Assembly: GCF_963921235.1 (NCBI RefSeq)
Contig: NC_086108.1
Coordinates: forward strand, 84,198,001 to 84,262,000
Length of the DNA: 64,000 nt
Source: Mobula hypostoma
Lineage: Eukaryota
Direction: 5' to 3'
Shown: piece after piece, positions 37,567 to 51,607 of the stretch
Layout: every line of letters starts with the position of its first letter
Numbering within the stretch: position 1 is the stretch's first letter
The notes under the pieces: generated by a model
Seen by the model: only the letters and a program-made list of their open reading frames with translations
The model's database searches: none
Told to the model about the DNA's origin: nothing
Made by a program: the position numbers and the translations under genes

Positions 37567-40039
37567 GAACTGGCGATGGGTATCATTAAATCTTTAACAA
37601 GTTCTTCTCTTGACCTAGTAGAAAGAGGTTGGCCATTAAAGTTTATCTGAACACATATACCAAAAGACTGACTGACTGACCTCCTTTCAAGTGACAGAAG
37701 GTATCCTCATCTTTAAGCAATAAATAACCTCCATAGACCCAAAGGCTGATACAAAATGCTTCTGGAGTAAATTATGTCCCAATTAGGTGAAGGTAATGCT
37801 TTCCTACTTCCAGGAATAATGTTCCGTTGGTATCTGTTCATGGACATTAAGCTCTCATTACTTCCCTGGACAAATTACCGCATGGTGTTGCAATTAGCTT
37901 GCAGATTAGGATGATTGGAGCTTTGATCACCAGTCTGTGTTAAATTAGTTGTCTCCGCTGTGACTACAATGGATGTACTTCATTTGACCAGAGCATCCAC
38001 AGGTTAAAATACCCCATTCAAACTCACAAAATAAGAAATCTTATAGTCTGTCACTGGCAGCCAGGACAAAATGCTGAGCCATCAAAGTCAAAATTACACA
38101 CTTTTAATAGCCTGTGTTAATTTGTGCAATAGCATACCATCTGCTTTGGTTTGAGGATCATCCAAATGAATTCAGTATTTTATAAAGACATGCAACATAT
38201 ATTCACAAAAACACATTTTGAGAAAATATTCCCTGAACACTCTGCAAAACTCAAATATTTATTCAATCTCACTTCCTTAATGGCGTCTTTTATCAAAATT
38301 TATCTCTAGTGACTTGCAAATAGAAAAAAAATAATTTTCTTGGCAATTTTCCCAAAATGGGAATCCACTATTACCCTGGACTCTCACTATACACAATCCC
38401 TCAAACTTTGATGTATAAACCTAGGTTTGCAGTTTGTTAATAAACAATAATTTCCACTTTTAACAATTCAATAATAAAATTTACTTGAATTAATTCCATA
38501 ATGTCGATATGGCAATAATAGAACAAATGCACAATCGTAAAGTGCATTTTACACAAGTATGCATAATCAATGCTTAAAAATTTCTTTCTTTTAGTATTTG
38601 CACAGCTTGTTTTTTTTCACATTAGTGTCTGTCCTGTTGGAGTGATATTTCTTTGACTTTGTTATAGTTATTGGATCTATTGACTATGCCTGCAAGAAAA
38701 TGAATCTCAGGGTTGTATATGTGGCATATATGTTCTTTGATAATAAATTTACTTTGAACTTTGAGATGGTTCTAAAGATTTCAGAGGCCAGCAGAGACCA
38801 AATCTCATTCTAATCGAGTAAAGGAATGGAGATTTGGTAGGTCATATGTGTATAGTTTGTTGAAACTGTCAAGTCAGGGGAAGAGAATGGTTAAAAAACA
38901 CAAAGAACCTTAAATCTTTATAAATATAGGCATTGTGTACAGGATCAAGGAACACAAGGAATTATTAAGTCGTGTTTTCTCTCACATCCTGGCATCAAAT
39001 TTTAATAAAGATGAGAAGGCTTTACAAGGTGGAGTAGAAATTCACTAAAATGATTCCAAGAACAACAGACCTTAGTTATGTGAATGGACTATAGACAGCT
39101 GCATTGTTCTCCTTGGAACCAAGAAAGTTGTGATGGGATCTCATACGGAAAAATCATTAAGAAACTAGTAGGCGTAGATAAATTTTAAGAAATAGTTCCT
39201 GACCACTTTTCCTGAGCTTGAAGCTCATTGTTTTGGGGCAATTATCTGGTAGCTGAGTGTGGGCACACTTCAGGGTGCATGGAACTTTACTTTGGACTGG
39301 ATCGCCTCAGGGACTGTTTTATTGGTGTTAATGTTCAATTATGAGATCAGTTGATAAATCTTTATCAGTCCACAAATTAGAGGATGTGGTTAAATTTGTT
39401 CCTTTCACTTGGCAACCATAATTTCTGTTTCAACAGCCCATTGATCCTGAGGGTCAGCTGAATCTTTGGTGATATTCTAGTAGGCTCTTCTCACATGCAG
39501 ATCTGTAAGAGTTTTTTTTATTATCTATAGGGCGGTTACAACTCGAATTTCACTGACTATGAGAAGGTGACAGAGGCAGGTAACTCTTACAAGATTTAAG
39601 AAGCATCTGGCTGAGCAATTGAATTGCCAAGGCTTAGTAGGCAATGGACCAAAACCTGGTAAATGAGATTGGTAGTATAGATGGGTACTTGATGATTTAT
39701 AATAGACATGTTGGCTGAAGGATCCACCTCTCTGCTGTATGATCATTAAGACAAACTGTTTTCATTGGCAGAAGGAACATGAACCAGGACAGCGAATGAA
39801 AAGGTGATTGGGTAACAAACCAAAAGTTAATATGAGAAAAGCTTAGAGATGCAGCTCAGTTCAACCCTGACCTCTGGTACAGTGTTTACGTGGGTGGAGT
39901 TTGCAGTGTCTTCCTGCAACTTCACGGGTTCCTCCGGGTGCTTTGGCTACTGCTCACATCCTAAGGATGTGCATATTGTCAAGTTGATTGTACAGAGTAT
40001 ATGCATCAAGCATGCAGGTGAGTGACAGAAGCAGAGTGA

Positions 40040-40340
40040 GTGCCCTTTTCTCCTTGTTACCATCAGGTAGGAGGTACAGAAGCCTGAAGACACACACTCA
40101 GTGATTCAGGAATAGTTTCTTCCCCTCTGCATCAGATTCCTAACTAGACATTGAACCCGTGAACACTACCTCACTTTTTCCAATATACATTATTTTACAT
40201 GATTTTAAATCTCCAATATAAATATACTGTAATTGATTTATTTATTTATTTTTCTTCTATATAATGTATTGCATTGAACTGCTGCTGCTAAGTTAACAAG
40301 TTTCATGACACGTGCCAGTGATAATCAACCTGATTCTGAT
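40040..40340 (+). mobile_element. Rex1/L2-like 3' end inserted in a V-SINE (from ~39845)
   Basis: LFSLLPSGRRYRSLKTHTQ*FRNSFFPSAS remnant; cctgattctgat tail. Confidence 0.7.
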
Positions 40341-40402
40341 TAGGCCACAGGTAAAATTAGTGGGGAATGTGATTGCTCTGTAAACCAACGTGATCTTGAA
40401 AG

Positions 40403-40872
40403 CAAATCATAAACATGAGGAAGTTTGCAGGTGCTAGAAATTCAAAGCAACACACGCAAAATGCTGGTGGAACTCAGCATGCCAGGCAGCATCTATGAAA
40501 ATTAATAAACAGTCGAAGTTTCTGGCCAAGACCCTTCTTCAGGACTGAAATGTAAGGAGGAAGAGGCCAGAATATAGAGGTTGGGGGAGGGGAAGGAGAA
40601 TTGCTAGAATATGAAAGGTGAAGCCAAGTGGGTGGGAAAGATAAAGGGCTGGAGAAGAAGGAATACGATAGGAGAGGAGAGGGCCCCGTGGGAAGTGATA
40701 GGCAGATGAAAAAAGGTAAAGGGCTGGAATGGGAATCAAATTAGGGGGAAGGGGGAGAGGAAAATAATAATCCTATCAAATTCAGTCTTGGCCCGAAACA
40801 TCAACTGTTTATTCATTTCCACAAATACTGCCTGGTCTGCTGAGTTCCTCCAGCATTTTATGTATGTTGCTA
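40403..40872. mobile_element. Penelope fold-back element with 12-bp TSD
   Basis: TSD tgatcttgaaag at 40391-40402 and 40873-40884. Minus-strand hammerhead at 40511-40546, inverted partial tail at 40785-40870. Confidence 0.8.
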
Positions 40873-41937
40873 TGATCTTGAAAGGTTGAAATAACCTATG
40901 CTATAAGGAAATTTGGCAACTTTCTTCTTCAGTTATTTGGTTAAGTTCTGGTAGGAAAGGAAAGAGAACTCATCTGCATTGAAAGATTATAAGAATTTAT
41001 GGTTAATACTTTTCAAGGTCTGACATTAATCTCACTGTTAATTTTGAGTAATATGTTGTCAATCTCTGTATAGACTGCTCTCTAGAACAGTAAATGATTT
41101 CCTATCTAAGGCAGCATTTTCCTTCTCATCAAACTGGGTTGTAACAGGATATTATGCCATTCCTGTGCCCATGTTAGCATGCTCGAATCATGTTATTTTC
41201 AAAGTGTCTGCCTTGTATTTTAAAAGATCTGGCCAGTTGTTTAAGAGCTGTAATCTGGCAAGAATGTTGCAGCAAAAAGGATTGTACTGTATTTCCATAA
41301 GCCTAACACTTTTCAAAATGCCGGGACATTCAGTACAGTAAATTTAAATAGTGGTGAGTATGTCATGAAGGGAGAACTACCACATAACCCTTGCAGAAAT
41401 GTGATAAATGATCAGGTTTACTTGGTCACATGTTTAATTAATGTTGGCTTGAGCTAAATGCTCTAAGAACAATCCCATTTTCCTTCAAAGAGTGTCCAAA
41501 ATCTCTTTTTTTAAATCTACATTATAGTTTAAAAAGCTATCACAAGAAATAGCCTGGGGAATATGCACTGAAAGCCTCTGGAGCAGGGCTTCAATTCACT
41601 GATTATGAGGCAAGAATACTACCACAGTACCACAGTTAAACACAGCTGAAACAACATAATTACGGATATGCAATATTTACAACAGCTTTTTCATTCACAG
41701 CAAATCTAGACAGGGAATTGTATCTCCACAAGGAGGATCAGATAGTAATGAAGTGATGAGAGACTGTTGTAAAGGCACTGAAATATCAAATGGCACAAAA
41801 CACTTTTTCTGTAAGCTGGAAAATGTACCACAATAGTGAAATATATTTTCAATTCAATTCATCTTGAATAAAATGCAATCTTACTATTAGTAACCATGAA
41901 ATATAGATAGTTGTAAAAAAAAAGTTCACTGATGTCC

Positions 41938-43012
41938 CCTTCCTCCACCATTGATGCTGCCCCCCACCCACAACACCTCCATTTCCTGGATATCTGTACT
42001 CACCACATCTTCCCGCTACCTTAACAGGGATAGAGTTCCTCTTGTCCTCACCTACCACCCTACAAGCCTTTGCATCCAATACATTATTCTTCGCAACTTC
42101 TGCCATCTTCAACAGCATTCTACCGCCAATCACATTTTAGCGCCCCCCCCTCACTTTCCGCAGGGACTGCTTCCTCCATAATTCCCTTGCCCATTTGTGC
42201 CTCCCCACTAATCTCCCTCCTGGCATATATCCCTGCAGGCAACAGAAATGCTACACTTGTCCATTTACATCCTCCTTTACCTCCATTCAGGGCCTCAAAC
42301 TGTCCTTCCAGGTGAGGCAACACTCCACCTGCAAATCTATTGGGGTCGTCTATTGTATCTGGTGCTCCCGTTGCGGCCTCCTCTACAAGCGAGACCTGAC
42401 CTAGGTTGGGGACCACTTTGTTGGGCACTTCCACTCTATTTGTCAGAAGTGGAATTTCCCAGTAGCCAGTCATTTTAATTCCTATCCCCATTCCCTTTCC
42501 AAAATTTCAGTCTATGGCCTCCTCTTTTGCCACAATGACACCCCTACCAGAGTGGAAAAGCAACAAATATTCCATGTAGGTAGCTTCCAACTTGATGAGA
42601 TGAACATCAATTTCTCCTTTCAGTAAAAAAATTTCCCTCCCCTTTTTCTCCTCTTCTATTCCCCACTCTGGCCTCTTACCTCTTTTCTTCACCTCCTTAT
42701 CCCACTCCCTGGTGGTCTTCCTTCTTCCCTTTCTGCCACGGTCCATTCCCCTGTCCTATCAGATTCGTTCTTCTCCAGCCTTTGACCTTTCCCAATCACC
42801 CGGCTTCACCTATCACCTTATAGCCATCTTCCTCCTCCTTCCCCCACCTTTTTATTCTAGCACCTTCCCCTTTCCTTTCGAGTCCTGCAGAAGGGACTCG
42901 ACCTGAAATGTCGACTGTTTATTCATTTCCATAGATGCTGCCTGACCGACTGAATTTCTCCAGCATTTCGTGTGTGTTGCTCTGAACTTCCAGCAACTGC
43001 AGAATCTCTTGA
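41938..43012 (+). mobile_element. Penelope-like element, GIY-YIG endonuclease region plus tail
   Basis: VPLVLTYHPTS, PCRQQKCYTCP, TCKSIGVVYCIWCSRCGLLY and PVASHFNS motifs, frameshifted. Decayed hammerhead at 42881-42916. Confidence 0.9.
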
Positions 43013-44927
43013 GTTTATCACTTAACTGATCTGGTTTATATGTGACTCCAAAGTCATGAGCAAAGTTGACAACTAACTGCTTTCTCCTTTCACGGGCACC
43101 TATGGATGGGCCATAAATCCTGGCATTTTTAACAATGTCCACATTCCACATTAAACAATAAATCATCTCCAATATCCATGCCTTGGCATTCAATTGAGAA
43201 CAAAAGTGGCGAAGAAAATATATCACAGCTTGGTATCAGGTGCAATGGGGTTATAAACCATTATAATTCATCTGCAAATATATAGATGCAGCTTAATTTA
43301 CTCTGCTTAAGTGTTGTTAATCAACATGGGGATTGGAGAGCAAATGAAAATTATGTAAGTTCCTTTCTTAGTCGCAAAATTATAAAATTATTTGTAATCT
43401 ATACAATTTATGGAGTAGTTGAAGTAAAATGGAATAATGAAAATACATTATCCCTTTGAGAAATCTGGATTTCTATAGATGATCAGGGGCCTCTAGTGAT
43501 ATAAACACAGTACTACAGCAATGATCTGAGCAAGGCTGAAGATTGCATTTTGTTATCCCTTTGACTTCAGTGACCTTTGGGATCCTTTGAACTTTGGAAA
43601 GTAGAAGAATCACTAGCACCAGTTGAGGTACAGCAAAAGATAGAAATGGAATACCTTTGTAATGCAGAGTGCAGGTGTCTGCCAAGAGCCAGCTGGGAAA
43701 TTGGAAAATCAGACTCGTTAAGAGGCAAGAACTAGAAAGTCTTTGAATAAATAGAATATGCTGGTTTAAATATATATGACATGGCCACTTGTTTCACAAA
43801 CATTTAAAAAGTTTGCTTTCTTTTTGGAATGTTTTTATTCCTGCCAAGTCTTTGGCACTGGATCCCAAAATGCATGAGGCACATTTAAGAATGGGTCAAC
43901 TTGAATTGCTTTTGCATGCTTTCTTCTAGCAACCACAAAAATAGACTCTTACTGCAGTTAGTAGGTAACTGACACTTAATTCAGTGAACATACATCAAAG
44001 TTGCTGGTGAACGCAGCAGGCCAAGCAGCATCTATAGGAAGAGGCGCAGTCGACGTTTCAGGCCGAGTCACACAACAAAACACAGCAGGAAGAGAAACAT
44101 CTCTTTCTCAAAGACACATACAGCAATTACCAAAGCATGTGTTCTCTAGCAGTTCACAAACATCCAACATATTGGAAAATTATAATTAACCTACGTGCAA
44201 AAATAGTTTAATAAATGAAATGTTGGCTTCCTAATTGAAAGGCTAGAGTTCAAACCAGAAGTATTGCATCCAAAGCACATTCACTTTCACTTTTATTTAC
44301 TATTGTTGAACAGCAAGGTCTAAAAACGTCTGTGGAGAGATTGAGCCTACTTAAATACAAGTTCTTGTGAGTGAATGTAATAGCATACACATAGAAGTTA
44401 ACAGGATGGGAAAGCTCATTCAGCTGACATTCAACAATTTCCGGAAAAAAATACCTGATCACTAAAAAAGATTGCAGGCATTCTAAAACTGGGGTGAAAG
44501 GGTCAGATAAGAATTTCTAGTTAATATCAGCTGGGAGAATGCACAATTTTGAGTATATCTAAAATAATAAACAGGCCCTGAGAAAGCACAAACATACTCT
44601 GACCTAATCTATGATTTGTCAGGATGAAAAATTCTTAACATTTTCTGGTGCAATGACTTACAGACAAGAACTTTCCCATAGTAAATGGAACGAGTAAAGA
44701 TTAAGATTTTCAGTAGACTTAACCACAAATCCACATGATGAGATAAGAGTGGATACAACTCCTCATGGCAGTTCAGACACTTAGCAGCATTACTCAAGGG
44801 TGCTGGCGAATAGAGTGCTAAACCCAATGTAATAGCAAACGCCTCAGTGTAACATACCCGCTTGTGAAACATACATCACTCATACCTCCTCTTCGGATTT
44901 AACTGTATTCTTAATTTTTCGTCAATA

Positions 44928-45095
44928 ACAAAAGAAAATCTGCAGATACTGGAAATCCAAGCAAAACACAAAATGCTGGAGGAACTCAGCAGGCTAGGCA
45001 GCATCTATGGGAAAAAAAGTATGGTTGACAATTCGGGCCGAGACCTGTTGGCAGGACTGTCTGAAACATCGACTGTACTTTATTCCATTGATGTT
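44928..45095. mobile_element. Penelope fold-back mini-element
   Basis: Minus-strand tail with a decayed hammerhead at 45023-45058, followed by an inverted partial tail gaaacatcgactgtac. Confidence 0.65.
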
Positions 45096-46429
45096 ATATG
45101 ATCTCCTTCGGTTGGCATTGTGTGCCATAATAGGATTTTTTCCCCAACTTCTGCTCAAGTTATTTAAATGCTAACTATTGCCTATTCACCATCATAACTT
45201 TTAATGTGTTATCAACCTCTGACAACTCTCCTCTCATGCGCTTGTGCCTGATTTATTTTTCCCAACTCTCTCATAAAACTTTCTTTCTCCTGCTATTTTA
45301 TGTCGTTCCTGTCTTTCCAATTACTAAACCAAACAAAATTGGAATTCATACTTAAGCAATCATTGGTATAAAATGACACTAAAAAAGTTTGTTTTTCTGA
45401 ACACTGAAGTCCACAAAGGCAGCGTACTGATTAAGCATTCTCTTAGTCATGTTATAAGCTAACTCAAATACTTGGAGATTTGATCCAAATATTCCATGTT
45501 ACCACAAAATGAAAATTATCAGTATAAAATTCTCTTATCTGAAACAAGTGGACTCCCTTCATTACAGAACTACATTTTTTAACTAGTGATCTCTACTTGA
45601 AAAAAAAAGAAAGGATTTTCTTCTGGAGGAGGGAATTTAACCTTCTTGTCTTGTGCTAATAGCCTCATGTTACAAACTGACAAATCCCAAAGAGAGAGAT
45701 AACTCATTGGAATTCTTCCCTGAAGGACCTGCTCTGACAAAATCCTGTAGTACCTACAGTACACCCCAAATACAATGTAATAAATCTTTTCTAACAAGTC
45801 TAAGAACCTCCAAATAACTGCAAAAGAAGTGCTGCTAACATTATTTCATTCTGAAATCAGAAATAATAGGAGGTGAAAGTGAACGTCAAGTAATCACTTG
45901 AAACAAAAGTAATCCATTAGAGTCACAGAGCAATAAAGCATAGATTCAATCAGTAAACCAACCACAAACTTGCATCACACACTGATTGCACTATATTTCT
46001 CAAACAGCAAGTTTGAGAAATAGTTTTGATGCCATTTCAAGCAATCACTTCTAATCAGATTACAAATACAAAGATAGACACCAGGAGTATTTAAAACACA
46101 GAATTAACTAAAGCCACACAAGATTACTCAACTGAGACATACGTCTAGAATGCTGCTTCAGTGAACATTGATGAATTATCACCTTTAAAATCAGATTTTA
46201 AAATCAAGGCTCAATCTGTGCTACAGAGGGATGCAAAAAGCAATCGTTAAAAAGACAGAAGTTGCAGGGGGTGGGAAACAGAGCTCCGAACAGATAGTGG
46301 AGTGGTTCTCAGCAGGTCGGGCAGCATCCGTGGAAAAGATCGGTCGACGTTTCGGGCCGGACGTTCCTCCAGCGTGTTGTGAGTGCTGCTTTGACCCCAG
46401 CATCTGCAGATTATTTTGTGTAGTGGGGT

Positions 46430-48029
46430 GGTTGTAGAGAAAGACGTTGTGAGACTACTGACAAAGTCAGGAATCAAAAGGCTGAGCACGGTGAGACTAA
46501 TGTTCTGAATTGTACATATTTCAATGCGAGGAGTATTCTAGGAAAGGCAGATGAGCTTAGGGCATGGATCAGCAACCCGAACTATGACATGTTAGCCATG
46601 AGTGAGACTTGGTTACAGGAGATGCAGTGTCAGCTTAGTGTTCTGGTGCTCTGTTGTTTTAGACGTGACAGACCGGGCGGGATTAAAGAGGGAAGGGTGG
46701 CATTACTAGTCAGGGTAAATGGCACAAAAATGCTTGGTCAGGACAGAATGGTGAGCTTATCTAGTGAGGCTTTATGGGTAGAATTTGAGAATAAGAAAAT
46801 ATGACCATGTGAATAGGATTATATTACAGACCACCCCAACAGTCTACAAGACTTAGACAAGCACATTTGTAGAGAGATTGTATACTGTTGCAAGAAACAT
46901 AAGGTTGTTATAGTAGGTGATTTTAACTTTCCGCATATTGACTAGGATTACTATACCATAAAAGAGATGGATGGAAAGAGTTTGTCAGATATGTATTTTG
47001 GAAAAATCAGTACATGCAGTAGAAGTCCCAACATGAGAGAGTGTGATACTAGATCCTATTAGGGAATGAAGAAAGGCAAGTGACAGAGGCTTGTGTTGGG
47101 GAATACTTTGACTTGGTGATCAAAATGCTATTAGTTTCTAAGCAATTATGAAAAAGGATAGCTCTGGTCCTTGGGTTGAAGTTCTAAATTGGGGAAAGGC
47201 CAATTTTGATGGTATCTGAAAGGATCCAGCAAGACTGGATTGGGACATGTCGCTTTCTGGCATAGGTGTACTTGCTATGTGGGAGGACTTCAAAAGTGAA
47301 ATTTTGAGAGTACAGAGTTCGTATGTTTCTGTCAGAATAAAAGGAAAGGATAATGGGTTTAGGAGACCTTGTTTTTCAAGAGATATTGAGGATCTGGTTA
47401 AAAAAAAGTTACATAACAGGTATAGGCAGGTAGGAACAAATGAGGTACTTTTGGAGTAAATAAATGCAAGAGAATACTTAAGAAAGAAATCATGAGGGCT
47501 CAAAGAGGCATGATGTTGTTCTACAAGGTGTAAAATAATCCTAAGGGCTTCTACAGACATATTAAGTGTAAAAGGATAGCAGGTGACAAAATTGTTTCTC
47601 TGGAAGATCAGAACGGTAATCGATGTGTGGAGCCAAGAGAGATGGGGATGATCTTTAATGTAAGTTTTGTACCTGGATCTGCTCAGGAGATGGACACAGA
47701 GTCTAGAGAAGTGAGGCAAAGCAGCTGTGAGGTTATGGGCCCTATACAGATTACAGTGGAGGAGGCGTTTGTTGTCAAGGCAAATTAAGGTGGGTAATTC
47801 CCCAGGGATTCCATCGGACCCTGTGTGAGATGAGTACAGAAATCTCAGGGGGCCCTAACAGAAATATTTAAAACGTCCTTAGTGATGTGTGAGGTACCAG
47901 AGGATTGGAGGATAGTTAATGTTGTTCCATTGTTTAAGGAAGGTTCCAAGAATATACCAGCAAATTTTAGGCCAGTGAGCCTGACTTCAGCAGTGGGAAA
48001 GTTATTGGAAGATGTTCTAAGGGACAAGA
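46430..48029 (+). mobile_element. CR1 ORF2 endonuclease to RT start (decayed)
   Basis: YFNARSILGKADEL, SETWLQ, VGDFNFPHID, VPEDWRIVNVVPLFKEG and FRPVSLTS motifs. Confidence 0.88.
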
Positions 48030-48058
48030 TACAGTGCCTATAAAAAGTATTCACCCAC
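48030..48058 (+). mobile_element. Isolated Tc1 left terminus
   Basis: TA followed by cagtgcctataaaaagtattcaccc. Confidence 0.6.
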
Positions 48059-48084
48059 TCCCCCACCCCCCCTCCCAGAAGGTT

Positions 48085-48365
48085 TTAAGGACCCGAGTTA
48101 CAGGGAAAGATTGAATGGGTTAGGATTTTATTCTCTAGAATGTATAAGATTGAGAGGAGATTTAATAGAGAAATACAAAATTATGTGGTGTGTAGATAGG
48201 GTAAATGCAAGAAGGCTTTTCCACTGAGGGTGGGTGAGACTACAACTAGAGGTGATTAATGGTTCAGCACAGACTAGGTGGACCATAGGTCTGTTTCTGT
48301 GACTGTATTAATGGTTCAGCACAGACTAGATGGACCATAAGGCCTGTTTCTCTGACTGTATTCTA
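48085..48365 (+). mobile_element. CR1 3' end with ~52-bp tandem duplication (48255-48359)
   Basis: attaatggttcagcacagactag...gactgt occurs twice with small differences. Confidence 0.75.
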
Positions 48366-50689
48366 TCACTAATTACTTTGACTAGAATTTATCTCTGAGT
48401 CAATACCACCACATGGCTTTTCCGAACATGGCATACCTTCACTGTTTGCCAGCAAAAAAGATTGCTTCTTAACATTACACTCAAGAATGCTGTGGACACT
48501 TAGAAATCCCTAAGTATTGTACAAAAAAAGTTTACTCTTTTCTTCCTGTTTCGTTTACAGAGGTAGAGCAGAACTTATCAGGCTCTTAATGTCAGACTGG
48601 GTTCATCTGTGGTCAGTCTTTACATCCAGTAAGCAGCCAACACTGTAATTTGCAACATCCAACAGGGAAAGTGTCAGCAGAAGCCACATTCAATGAACCA
48701 AAACAACAGAAGCAACAAAAATAGACTTCTCCAAATTCTCCAGACACTGTGTGTCTCCATAAATTTAGTTTATACCATGGGAGTGAACAATATTGTTATC
48801 TAAATTCTAAAATACCACCTTAAGTTTCTTCCTATGGCATTATGATTTATTAGTACATATTTTTGCTTTGGGTAATGAGAATATTTCTCAGTCCCACAGA
48901 AATGGTTGAAGAAATTTAAGTTTTGAATCTTATAACTGGCAACCATGGCAGAGTAGAGAAGGATGACAGGATAACCCTCTCAAAGATCACTAATGCAGTT
49001 CTCTTTGTTCAAATTCCTCATAATTCATTTGAAGAGTAAAACTAACCACACATGCTGTGGAGTTACTGAAAGGCGAATTTGATCCAGAGCTGACTGACTA
49101 TACTACTGAGATCAACATTCCAAATGACGAAGATAAACTTCGTTATAAGGAGCTCATATTTTCTTCCCTCACTGGATTCATCTCTTTGTGGGAATATTGT
49201 GACAGAAGTAGAAATTATTTTATAATAGTTGACTTAATCTTGGGACAAGTTCTGGAAAAGCATCTTCCTTGCTCTCTTCTGATAAACAGTGAACGGTCTA
49301 AAAGTTCAGAAATGAAGTTTTCACCCTTTGAAAAATACAGTGTGTAGGTTGCATGAATATATACATTCAATGCATTCCATTCTTTTATCACCTCCTTTCT
49401 ATCCTTTCAGCCAACACATTGAGCTCACATAAATGTTTCTCTACCCCGTTTGTAAATATTGATCCATAGTTGTACCAGGGTAACACAGTGCTAGGAACTA
49501 ACTCCCTCTTGGACACGTCCTTTTTCTCATTTCACATTTTTTGATAAACATGCAGATGACAAATTGCGATACAGATGTTTTCCTTGAAAACAACCCTTCC
49601 TGTAATGACAAGGATGCCTGTGGGTTGAAAAGCCTTTTAGAAATTTAGACAGGGAAGGCAGCGAAGGTTAATGCAGGCAAATGGGACTAGTGTACATGGG
49701 CAAAAAGAATTACACAGCCATGTGGCTGGAGGACCCGTCTCTGTGCTGTGCAACTCTACGGCAATATTGCGTCTCTAATAGGTTCCCTATGCAATGTATC
49801 TGCTTAGAATGTTCAGAGCACATTTTTCTATTAAAAGATGCAGTTCCTCCTCTTTGCCTCATTTTTTTTAAGTTTAGTTTAGGGATTAGGTACAAAAACA
49901 AAGAACTAAGTATCAGAATATTTAAAGTGTTTCAGTCATATTTCTTCACTGGAAACATGAGCTCATTGGTCAATCTATTCTGATCGCAGCAGCTTAAGTT
50001 ACAATCTCATAATATGTACTTTCAAACAACAAAAATTTACATGTACCTTGGAGATTTAGTCAATTAATGCATAATAAATTGCACAAATAATCTGTCAACC
50101 ACACTAGCTTCAGAGGCTGAATACTCATTGTCCAACTTAGTAGCGACGAAATTGGAGAATACGTCAAGTGAAAAAACAGACGGGCAATTTTTTTGATATT
50201 GAATAGAAAGCGGGTCAGAACTACTATCTTTTCCATTGCCTAGGGACAGACGCTTCAGATGGCTTTACAGCCAAGTACACTAGTATCAATTCTTCAGCAT
50301 TTGTATCCACACATCTGGGGTACTAGTTAGGTTTTTGATCTATAATTTACTGCAATTCAATGAGGTTGCTTGCATCTTTCTCAATCTTTTTCACATAAAA
50401 CTCCCATATGAAATCTGATACCACCGAATACACAGGGCTAGATATCAGTAACATAAACAAAGTAAATAAAGAAAAAAAAGATATTAAATTCTAACTATTG
50501 ATGGATGTGTTAGAATGTATAAAGTCAATGCAATGAGATCCTTGTCAGGTAAATTCTTTCTTGGGAATCATTAAGTCATATGAACAATTAAGTCATATTT
50601 ACAAAGTAATGTTAAACTTCTACCTCTGAAACAATGGGTGAGGATGGAAATTGGTTAGATTGCATTTAGAATACTTCATAGAATTCTGA

Positions 50690-51607
50690 TCACCACAAGC
50701 AGAAGGTGGTGCTGAATTAGAGGGCTTCGATTGTGAGGAGAGACAGAATAGACTGGGTCAGCTCTGTCTGGAGCAAAGCAGGCTGAGAGTGACATGGTAG
50801 ATGTATGTAATTTTGAGACAAAGACAGGGTAGATAGCTATAGCTTGTTTCTCAAAAACTAGAGCACATGGGTTTAAAAAGTTCAAAGCGATCGGAGGGAC
50901 TAGTTGTTCAACTCAAAGAGCAGTTAATATCTGTAATGAGCCGGCAGAGGAGTTGGTTCAGGCAGGAACAAAATATAAAAGGCACTGGACAGGTACTTAA
51001 ATGAGCAAGGCTTTGAGGGATCTGGGATAATGAAAGCAGGTGGAATTAATATAGACACACATGACGATCAGCATAGACATGGTGGGTTAAAGGGCCTATT
51101 TCTAAGCTGTACAACCCTATGGAGTACTGTGCTGAGTTCTGGTCACCTCACTACAGGAGGGACGTGGAAACTATAGAAAGGGCTCAGAGGAGATTTACAA
51201 GGATGTTGCCTGGATCGGGGAGCGAACTCAGCCTTTCCTCCTTGGAGCGACGGAGGATGAGAGGTGATCTGATAGAGGTGTACAAGATAATGAGAGGCAT
51301 CGACCGTGTGGATAGTCAGAGGCTTTTTCCCAGGGCTGAAACGGCTAGCATGAGAGGGCATAGTTTTAAGGTGCTTGGAAGTAGGTACAGAAGAGAAGTC
51401 AGGGCTAAGTTTTTTAAGCAGGGAGTGGTGAGTGAGTGGAATGGGCTGCCGGTGGCGTTGGTGGAGGCAGAAACGATAGGGTCTTTTAAGAGACTCCTGG
51501 ATGGGTACTGTACATGGAGCTTAGAAAAATAAACAGCTATGGGTAAGCCTAGGTAGTTCTCAGGTAAGGACATGTTCAGCACAGCTTTGTGGGCCAAAGG
51601 GCCTATA
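50690..51607 (+). mobile_element. Two adjacent CR1 3' ends
   Basis: MEYCAEFWSPHYRRDVETIERAQRRFTRMLPG...RRRMRGDLIEVYKIMRG; an older copy precedes it. Confidence 0.85.

Noticed and set aside
48561..48628. Strong plus-strand acceptor with a downstream gtaagc
   Set aside because: Isolated, no partner exons and no recognisable peptide; such sites arise by chance in long introns.
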